Of a stretch of DNA of 64,000 bases, positions 12,101-20,395 are shown in pieces (positions within the stretch are counted from its first letter, which is position 1; every line of letters starts with the position of its first letter). Source of the stretch: Chrysemys picta bellii (lineage: Eukaryota); NCBI RefSeq assembly GCF_011386835.1, contig NC_088803.1:17918001-17982000 (forward strand), read 5' to 3'. The position numbers were made by a program, and so were the translations under genes. A model generated the notes under the pieces. The model was not told the origin of the DNA. It was given only the letters and a program-made list of their open reading frames with translations, and ran no database searches.

Positions 12101-15100
12101 AGTTTAGATGTGTGAATGAGGTATGTATGGATGATGGAATCAACCTCCAGCCCCAGCCTGTCCTGATTAAATAGAGTTCAAACACCAAGGGCTGAAGAGG
12201 CAGACAAGAGCCCTAACAAAGTAAGAAGAATCCACCCTAAAAAGAAAAGGTACAATAGAAGGAAGATCAAAGGCCCGGTCCGGTCCGAGGCTGAAAGTCA
12301 TGTCTGCAATTGACGGGTGATCAATCACCAAACCCAAAGGCAGCCTGACACAGCAAGACCTATAGACTCTGGATTCAAACAAAAGCCTACAAAAAGGATG
12401 GGTGAGATGGAAAACTTTGGAGGAGGGTAACATTCTGCTGCCAACATGGAAGGGCATCGGTGCATGCCCAACAGAGACCCAGCTCATCCTTGTGCCCGGC
12501 TTTCCTGGCCAGTTAGCCGCCACAAGCTATGAACCCAAGCTGCAAACTCAAGCCACAGACTCAAGCTGGACTGGTAACTATGCAGCAGCTGCAGAACATC
12601 TGACGGATGTGTTGTGTGTGTGTGTGTGTGTATAGGTATTAGGTATAATGTGTGTGTTTTAGGATTAAGATATTAGTTATTGGTCATAAATAAAATTGTT
12701 ATCATAATAAATGTGGCATCTTTGTCTTGACCCCTAAAACGATCCTGTATAAGTTTGTGGGACAACAGGGCACTGCCAGGGGGTGAGCACAGCACCCCAC
12801 CCTGCCCTCCACCCCCACAGGGCACTGCCAGGGGGTGAGCGCAGCCTACCCCCCAACTCACTGTCATGGGCTCCGGGCGGAGGCTGCGCAGCTCCCGGGC
12901 CCGGTGGTAGGGCGTCATCATGGCATTGGAGGTGCAGCAGAGGATGAGGGTGCGGCCGGGCAGGGGGGGCAGGTTGTGCCGGGCAGAGATGCAGATGGCG
13001 GCGTCCAGGGCACAGTGATAGCGGACCAGGAGGGCGGGTGTCGGGGCGCAGCTCCCTGGCGGGCACAAGTTGCTGCTGAGTCGCTGCCCGGCCCCCCATC
13101 CTGCCCGCTGCCCAGCCCGGCCCCCCCTGCCCAGCCCCCCATCCTGTCCCGGCCCCCTGCAACCTGGCACCCCCCCAGCCTGGCACCCCACCTGCCCAGC
13201 CCCCCCACACTGCCCCCTGCCCAGTCCCCCTGCAACCTGGCACCCCACCTGCCCCCCACGGCCTAGCACCCCACCTGCCCAGCCCCCCCCATCCCACCCC
13301 CTGCAACCTGGCACCCCACCTGCCCAGCCCCCTGTGGCCACTCCCAGGAGCCAAGCATGGGGCTCTCACCTGGCCTTCTGCAGCCGCTGCTTTTCGCTCT
13401 TCACCGCGCGGAAGAAGATGGGGATGGACAAGGCCGCACGTAGCTCCCGGCGCATCCAGAACGGCCGCCCCCGCACCCCGGGCAGGGCCCCCGGCTGCTT
13501 CTTTCCGCGCCTCAGCAGCGCCCGCAGCAGCTCCACGTTAGAGAGGCAAGGGCTGTCTGGAGGTGTGTGTGTGGGGGGGGAAGACACACAGTGCCCCTCA
13601 CTCCTGACCCGCAGCCTCTGCTAGCCCAGCTCTGCCTGTGCCTCTTGCCCAGGGGTGGGCAAACTACGGCCCGAGGGCTGCATCCGGCCCTTCAAACATT
13701 TTAATCTGGCCCTTGAGCTCCTGTCAGGGAGTGGAGTCCAGGTCTTGCCCCGCTCCGGGGCTCCAGCCAGGGGAGCCGGGTTGGGGGCTTGCCTGGTTCC
13801 GTGTGCTCTCGGAAGCAGCAGTATGTCCCCACTCTAGCTCCTATGCAACCAGGGTGTTCCATACACTGCCCCCACCCCAAGTGCTGCCCCCACAACTCCA
13901 ATTGGCTGGGAACCACAGCCAATGGGAGCTGCAGAGGTGGCGCCTGCGGACGGGGCAACACGCAGAGCCGCTGGGCTGCACATTCATGTAAGAGATGGAG
14001 GGGGGACATGCCACTGCTTCCAAGAGCTGCTTGAGGTAAGCGCCTCCTGGAGCCTGCACCCCTGACCTCCTCCTGCACCCCAACCCCCAGCCCTGATCCC
14101 CCTCCTGCCCTCCGAACCCTTCGGTCTCAGCCCAGAGCACCCTCCTGCACCCCCAACCCCTCATCCCCACCCCTGAGCCTGCACCCCCAACTGGAGCCCT
14201 CACACACACCTGCACCACAACCCCCTGCCCCAGCCCGGAGCCCCTTCCCACACCCTGAACTCCTCATTTCTGGCCCCACTCCAGAGCCCGCACCCCCAGC
14301 CGGAGCCCTCGCCCACACCCCAACCCACAGTTTCATGAGCATTCATGGCCCGCCATACAATTTCCATACCCAGATGTGGCCCTCAGACTAAAAATTTGCC
14401 CACCCCTGTTCTTGCCCCTGGTTGTTCGGGGTCTCAGTGCTGTCAATGAATCACAGTTAACTCCCGTGATTAACTCAAAACAAATTAACAAAATTAATCG
14501 TGATTCATTGCAGTTATAATCGCACCGTTAAACAGTAGAGTAGCAACTGAAATGTATCAAAGATTTCTGGCTGCTTTTCTACATTTTCAAATGTTTCAAT
14601 TTCAATTACCACATGGAAAACATAAAGGGCTTCCTTTAGATGATAATTTTTGATTACCAATATTTTTCTTCACCTCATACAAGTGCCGTCGTGCGATCTC
14701 TGTACAAATGGAGAATTCTGTATAACAATAACTGTGCTCAGAAACCAGCCAATGTAAAACTTTAGAGAGCCTCCGAGTCCGCTCAGTCCTACTTCTTGTT
14801 CAGCTGATCGCTCAGACAAACAGGTCTGTTACAGTTGCAGGAGATAATGCTGCCCATTGATTTACACTATCACCTGAAAGTAAGAACAGGCATTTGCATG
14901 GCACTGTTGTAGCCGGCATGGCAAGGTATTTATGTGCCAGATGCGCTAAACATCTGTATGCCCCTTCATGCTGAGACATGTAGCTTTTTCTACTGTGCAA
15001 ATATTTGTAATCGAAACTAATAAACTCACACGAGCCCCGGACACTTTGTCTTCTGCATTGTGGGTGCAATCGCTAGATTTGTAAATGGAGGAAAACAGCC

Positions 15101-18100
15101 AAAGATATTTAGGATATGTTTCAGTTGCTATTCGATCAGTAACGGTGCAATTCAACCTGCCATGAACCGCGATTTTTTTTTTAATCTCGTGATTCATTTG
15201 TGTCACCGCTTGGCAGCCCCGGTCTCACCTTTCTTCTTCAGCTGCTCCTCCATGTCCTGGATGACTTTATTCGCCGTCAGGAACCGGAAGGGGAACTGCC
15301 GGCTGCGGATGATGGACTCCTGGAAATTGGCGGGAGTGTCAAGGTGGGGATCCCAGCAGCCCTCCACCCCACTCCAGTCATCCTATCTTGGGGTGGGGGG
15401 GATGGGATTTTGGGGCCGTATCTCACTCTGGGGATCCGAGAGGGGGGGAATTCAGGGTCCCCAGGGCAGTATCTTGCTGTGGGGACCCTGGGGGGGGGGG
15501 AGGGGGAATTCGGGGTCCCCAGAGCCATACCTCGCTCTGGGGACCCGGGAGGGGGGGAATCAGGGTCCCCAGGGCCGTACCTTGTTCTCCAGCTGGCTGA
15601 GCACTTGCCGGTGGTGCCGCTCACTCACCCCAGCCCCGATGATGTTGCGCAGGTTCCTGAGCATGGCCATGAATGGCAACTTCCCCGAGTCTGCGAGGCA
15701 GAGCCCAAAGCACGGTTAGGAGCCCACCCCACCCACAGCCAGGGGGCGCTGTATCCACAAGGGTGCTGAGCTGGCTGCTGCTTCCAGGGGGCGCTCGGCC
15801 CCACTGGCCACATTTATAGGGGTGCTGGGCCAGCTGCAGCACCCAGGGGGCGCTGGGAGATCTGTGGCTACCAGGGGGTGCATTCCGGGGGGCCCTTATC
15901 CCCACGCAAGCCGCTCATTGCCAAGGGGAGCGGAGGCCAGCTCCTCATGGAGTCTCTTTGTGCCACAGTGGTACCCAGCCAGCCCATGGGCCAATCAGAG
16001 ACCGGTGCCAGGCCCCCCACTCTGCCCCGAGGCTAGACTCTCCTCGGGGGTGTTACGGCACTGAGCAAACCCTGCTCCAGCTAGGCTGGCCACCTGCCCC
16101 ATGGCAAGCCCAGCCAGCCCCACACATGCCCTGTCACCCTGCACTCAACACTAGCTCGCACCCTCTGGGAAAAGAGCTAACAGTGACACCTGGTGACACC
16201 TAGACACACTCAGGGCACCACTGGGGGCAAGCGCAGCACCCCATGAAGCCCCTCCTTACCGATCAGTTCCTCCCAGACCGCAGCCTTGTTCCCACGCTGG
16301 CTAAGCTGTCGGTCCCAGGTCTGGGGCTGCGGAAGTTTCATTCGGGTCCCGGCCCGGGCGGGGTCCCAGGGCCCTGGCAGGTGGCTCCGGGAGAAGGAGC
16401 TTAGGTCCGAGGGGTACCTGGGGAGAGGGGGGAGCAGCAGAGACAGGGTGGATCCCAGCAGGGCCTACAAGGGGGTGAAGGGCAAGCCAGGACTCCTGGG
16501 TACTGTGCCACCTCTTGGGTTTGGGGGATAGAAAGGAGGAGGGGCTGGGAGCCCTCTCCAGGGCTCTCACCTGCAGCCCAGCAGACTCATGACGTGCTGG
16601 GCCGGCTTGGAGATATGCAGCCATCGGATCAGCGCCTTCAGGGAGAAGGGCTTCGTCTCGCGCGGCTCCTGGGATGGCTGACCACTTTCAAACTGCAGGA
16701 GACATCAGCAGAGAACCCAGGAGTTCTGGCTCCCAGTCCCCTGCTCTAACCCACTAGCCCCCACTCCCATCCCAGAGCTGGGGACATAATCCAGGAGTCC
16801 TGGGTTCCGGCCCCTCTGCTCTAACCAACTAGACCCCCATGCCCCTTCCAGAGCCGGGGACAGAACCCAGGAGTCCTGGCTCCCAGACCCCTGCTCTAAC
16901 GACTAGACTCCACTCCCCTCCCAGACCAGGGGACAGAACCCAGGAGTCCTGGATCCCAGGCCCCCCCCGGCTCTAACCACTAGACCCCAGTCCTCTCACC
17001 TTCGTCTGAAGCTTGCCGAACGCTTGGCGCAGCCGGAATCTCCTCGTCCAGGGCAGAGGTCTCTGGGAGGCAGCTCCGGGAGGAAGAATTGGCTGGCAGC
17101 ACTGGGGCCGGAGCACAGGACTCCTGAGTTCCCTCCCCGGCTGGCGGGACCCGCGGGCGCCCCCTGGCTTTGCCACGACTCTTGCGCGAGTTGTACTTGG
17201 CCAGCTGGTAGGCATCAAATTGCTGGAACTTGTCTGCCAGGCCGGTGCGGAGGCAGCGGGGCAGCGGGGCCAGGGGGCGCCCTGCGCCCGCCAGGCTCTG
17301 TGAGGGAGAGGGAGACGGGTCAGTGCTGGCCAGCAGGGGGTGGCATTGGCCGGCGGAACTACCCGCCACTGGGGTTGAGCTGGGGCGCGAGCCGGGTACC
17401 TGGAAGAGCGCCACCACCTGGGTCCAGTCGGAGGGCAGCTGCAGGGAGGTACACAAGTAGCGGCGCAGGTGGGGCCGGCAGGGCGGCAGCCAGGCCGCCA
17501 GTGCCAGCAGGAAGTTGGCCGTTGCCCGGATGTTCAGCTCCTGGCGCGTATACAGGGCGACCTGTGGGGGGAGAGAGGGGAAACTGAGGCCCGGAGCAAA
17601 CCCAGGCATCCAAGCTCCCCTGCTCTAACCCACTAAAGCACACTCCCCCTCCCCAAGTCCTGGCATAGGGCACCAGAGACCACCTCCCACCCACTCAAAC
17701 TGCTTATCCCCTGCCCCGTACAGGGGGGGATTGAACCCAGGCATCCTAGCCAGCAGCCCCACCCCACAGTACCTTAAGGATGAACTCAGGCTCCAGGTGG
17801 GCCAGCTCCTCGCACAACTCCACCAGGCGCCCACGCGTCGGGCCACTGGGGGCTCCCAAATCAGACCCCTCCACGAGGGAGCAGCACACCAGGTTCACCA
17901 GGGCCAGCTGGGGGGGGAACAGGGAGCAGGGATGAACCCAGAAGTCCCAGCTCCCAGCCACCCTCCGCCCATCCACTAGACAAGGGGTGGGCAAACTTTT
18001 TGGCCCGAGGGCCACATCAGAATTGCGAAACTGCATGGAGGGCCAGGTAGGGAAGGCTGTGCCTTCCCAAACAGCCTGGGCCCCGCCCCCTGACTGCCCT

Positions 18101-19270
18101 CCCCATCCAACTGCCCCCTGCTCCCTGACTGCCCCCCCAGCTGCCCCTTATCCAACCTCCCCCCGTCTCCACCCTGTTACCATGCCACTCAGAGCAATAG
18201 GACTGGCAGCCTTGCTGCCTGGCAGCGCTGGTGGCACAGCAAGCTGAGGCTGCGGGGGAGGGAGGACGGAAAGGCAGGGGCCAGGGACTAGCCTCCCCGG
18301 CTGGGAGCTCAAAGGCCGGGCAGGACGGTCCCGCGGGAGGATGTGGCCCGGGGGGCCATAGTTTGCCCATCTTTGCAGTAGACCCCACTCCCCTCCCATA
18401 GCCAGGGAGAGAACCCAGGAGTCCTGGCTCCCACCCCCCGTGCTGTAACCACTACATCCCACTCCCCTCCCAGAGTTGGGAGAGAACCCAGGAGTCCTGG
18501 CCCCCCACTCCCATCTCTTACCTTGTGCTCTCTCAGGTGCTGCTGGGGGCCCTTCCCGGGGGGCTGCTGGGCGCTAGGGTCCCTCTGCCCCAGGGGCTCC
18601 GGGCTTGGCTCGGCCTGCAGCTCCGACAGGGTGTACTGGGGCAGCGAGCCAGAAGGGTCGGGGACAGCGTCGGCCCGCTGCGGGGAGAGCGGGGGTGACC
18701 CACGGGGCTGGGGACCCCACACAGTGCCCCCTGCCCCGACCACCCCACCCCAACTGTCCCCCCTCAGCGACCCCGCCTTGACCACCCCGACCACCACACC
18801 CTACAGCCCCTCCACCCCACAGCCCCTCCTCAGCATCTCCCCACACAAACACACTTCACCTCCTCCCTCTGACTGCTACCAGCATCCCTCCCCCTGGGAT
18901 TACCCCCTTTGGTGGTCAACAGCGGAATTGCAGCCCCGTGTGCTTCACAGCTACCATGAGTTGGTGCCCGGTCTGAGCCCGGTGCCCATCTTACCCAGGG
19001 CGGCTCCAGCTCCTCGCTGCGGGCCGGGATCCCATCCTCACCTCCAGGGGCAAGGGGCACCCGGCTGGGTGTAGAGATGGGGGCAGACACCAGACAGGGC
19101 GTGGGGGTCAGGGAGCTCAGCCAGGGGGCAGGGGGCGGGAGAGGGCGGAGAAGCCGGGCCCTGGTCTCCTCTACCCATGCTGGGAGAAGGGGGCTGTGGC
19201 CCCCCAGGAAAGGGTTCTCCAGCCAGCAGGAGGCAGGGCTGGGGCGGAGGGCGGGACCTGGAGTTTTCAT
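133..19270 (-). CDS. TEP1: Telomerase protein component 1 (TROVE, DUF4062-like and NACHT P-loop regions); 3'-partial, WD40 part lies off the left edge
   Basis: Coding exons (minus strand, AG/GT checked): 19270-18995, 18677-18522, 17907-17773, 17561-17400, 17297-17151, 17062-17000, 16692-16571, 16417-16260, 15690-15581, 15319-15229, 13556-13370, 13055(or 13072)-12862, 11606-11453, 11372-11299, 11074-10950, 10601-10542, 9347-9198, 8466-8290, 5792-5672, 4548-4424, 4081-3965, 3881-3764, 3643-3431, 3076-2889, 2605-2452, 2370-2191, 1938-1846, 1536-1404, 1248-1098, 847-708, 593-505, 247-133. Motifs match mammalian TEP1: [56 protein letters not shown], Walker [16 protein letters not shown]. About 1,500 codons in window; frame anomalies are listed in findings. 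Confidence 0.95.
4605..5530. repeat. Probable repeat-derived (LTR-like) intronic segment, unassigned
   Basis: Non-coding block of lower GC than its flanks, starting TGTTAC, with AATAAA near 5506. No target-site duplication found. Confidence 0.25.
6561..6800 (-). mobile_element. CR1-clade LINE 3' fragment
   Basis: AGAACATAAGAACGGCCATACTGGGTCAGACCAAAGGTCCATCTAGCCCAG is the reverse complement of a CR1-type 3' end (TTCTTATGTTCT tail). A short sense-strand copy of the same end lies at ~49520-49575. Confidence 0.7.
6995..7213. mobile_element. Non-autonomous hAT DNA transposon (MITE)
   Basis: Terminal inverted repeats CAGGGGTTCTCAAAC / GTTTGAGAACCAATG; 8-bp TSD AATTAACT (6987-6994) and AATTAACC (7214-7221). 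Confidence 0.85.
7548..8241. mobile_element. DNA-transposon-derived fragment
   Basis: Shares the internal segment GGTAGGGAAGGCTGTGCC..CCAAACAGCCTGG with the MITE at 17982-18375. Ends in CTCTGGGCAGCCCTG, which is complementary to CAGGGCCACCCAGAG at 5946. Confidence 0.45.
8490..9050. repeat. C-rich degenerate minisatellite in a TEP1 intron
   Basis: Recurrent unit CCCCCGATGGGCCCCTCTGTC(A/C)CCC. Confidence 0.75.
9368..10472 (+). mobile_element. Solo LTR
   Basis: ~1.1-kb AT-rich block. Ends (C/T)GTTGCAG...CCGTCACA; TATA-like GATATATAAAG at ~9793; AATAAA at ~10061; 5-bp TSD GGGGA/AGGGA (4 of 5 match). Confidence 0.65.
11706..12764 (+). mobile_element. Solo LTR
   Basis: TGTAGAAC...GTGGGACA termini (TG..CA), perfect 5-bp TSD ACAGG (11701-11705 and 12765-12769), AATAAA near 12690. 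Confidence 0.75.
13650..14408. mobile_element. hAT MITE (CAGGGGTGGGCAAAC family)
   Basis: TIRs CAGGGGTGGGCAAAC / ATTTGCCCACCCCTG; TSD CTCTTGCC / TTCTTGCC. Confidence 0.85.
14437..15219 (-). mobile_element. Decayed hAT element with transposase C-terminal (dimerisation domain) remnant
   Basis: Ends GTGCTGTCAA / TTGGCAGCCC; TSD GGGTCTCA / CGGTCTCA. Minus-strand ORF 14812-15069 reads [28 protein letters not shown], resembling the hAT motif YPxLxxLAxxYLxxPATSxxSERxFS. Confidence 0.75.
15405..15580 (-). repeat. Tandem repeat seeded at the TEP1 exon 9 (15690-15581) splice donor
   Basis: About three ~50-60-bp units, each beginning with a copy of the exon-end/donor: AAG|GTACGG (true), GAG|GTATGG, AAG ATACTG, GAG ATACGG. 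Confidence 0.75.
16705..16990 (-). repeat. Tandem array of tRNA-like SINE (MIR-like) heads
   Basis: Four ~73-75-bp units of GGGGTCTAGTGGTTAGAGCAGGGG..CTGGGAGCCAGGACTCCTGGGTTCT (A-box- and B-box-like). The same motif is dispersed across the window. Confidence 0.75.
17982..18375. mobile_element. hAT MITE (CAGGGGTGGGCAAAC family)
   Basis: TIRs AAGGGGTGGGCAAAC / GTTTGCCCATCTTTG; TSD CACTAGAC / CAGTAGAC. Confidence 0.8.
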
Positions 19271-19599
19271 GGCTGCAGCACCTGGAGAGAGAAGAGTGAG
19301 ATGAGAACCCAGGAGTCCGAGAGCCCAGTGAGGCCACGCTCCTGCTCAGAGCCGGGAGAGAACCCAGGAGTCCTGGCTCCCAGCCCCCGCTGCTCTGAGC
19401 ACCAGACCCCATTCCCCTCCCAGAGTCGGGAGAGAACCCAGGAGTCCCGGCTCCCAGCCCCCAACGCACTCCATGGGGGGGGAGAACATTGTCGCCCACC
19501 CTTGCCCCAGACCTGCCCCGGCTCCCCCATCAGAGGGTCAGGAAGGGGGGGGGGAGTCACAGAGCAGGGACCGGGGGAGGGGGGCTGCCAGGCCCTGGC

Positions 19600-20030
19600 A
19601 GACCCCCCAAGCCCTGCCCCCATGGAGCCCCTCCCTAGACCAACCCCACTTCTGCGCTGCGCCTTCCCCTGCATTCGCCCCCGCCCCACGGCCCCCCCAC
19701 GGGCCACGCTACCCACCGACCGCGCACCCGGAAGCACCGCACCCAGCCCGGCTAGTGCCCGGATCAGCTGGTGGGAGGAGCCTGCCAGATCCGCCCCCGG
19801 AGCCGGGCTCAGATTTCAGGGAGAGCCCAGGAGTCCGGGCTCTGGACCCCATAGCTGGGACTGATCCCCGGAGTCCAGGCTCCCAACCCCTCCGGTTCTG
19901 GCTGGGCGTGGGGGAGCTCAGCTCTGCCCCCCATCTCGGCGGGGGGATCCTGCTCCCGGCCCCCAAAGGGCCGCGTGGGGTCCATGGCGGCGCCCCGCGA
20001 GTTGGGAATGACCAGGCGGGGGCTGAGCCG
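19600..20030 (-). promoter_or_regulatory. CpG-rich putative TEP1 promoter and non-coding first exon
   Basis: CpG-dense; ETS-like CCGGAAG at ~19727; candidate donor TGG|GTGCGG at 19743; the coding exon has an acceptor (cag) 11 nt upstream of the ATG at 19270. TSS not determined. Confidence 0.5.
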
Positions 20031-20037
20031 AACCCTC

Positions 20038-20043
20038 TTTATT
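20038..20043 (-). terminator. Polyadenylation signal of KLHL33
   Basis: AATAAA on the minus strand ~350 nt after the stop codon. Confidence 0.65.
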
Positions 20044-20395
20044 GACCCGACTCGCGCCCCCAGGAGCCAGCGCCCCCCACCTGGCCCCCTCCCCTCCTCC
20101 TCCTCAGGGGACCGCGGGGAGTGTACGAGGGAGGCCCTGTCTCATGGGGGGGTCCCAAGGAGAGGTGTCAGGTCCTTGTCAGAGGGGCTCCCCCACCCCA
20201 TGTGGAGAAACCGGGCTCCCCTATACCGTTGAGGGGTGTTGGGGGCTCACCTGTCCCATGGGGGCACCCCTGTTCTATGGGAGACAGGTTCTCCCTCCTG
20301 TGCGGAGGTGCCCGGGGCTGCCAGGTCCTGTGGAGGGATCAGGGGAGGGTCTCATCCCATGGGGGGCTCAGAGGGGTCCTCTGTTCTGTGGGGAG

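Noticed and set aside
133-19270. Calling TEP1 a pseudogene
   Set aside because: No unavoidable premature stop. The anomalies are either mutually compensating or rescued by alternative splice sites, and could be assembly indels.
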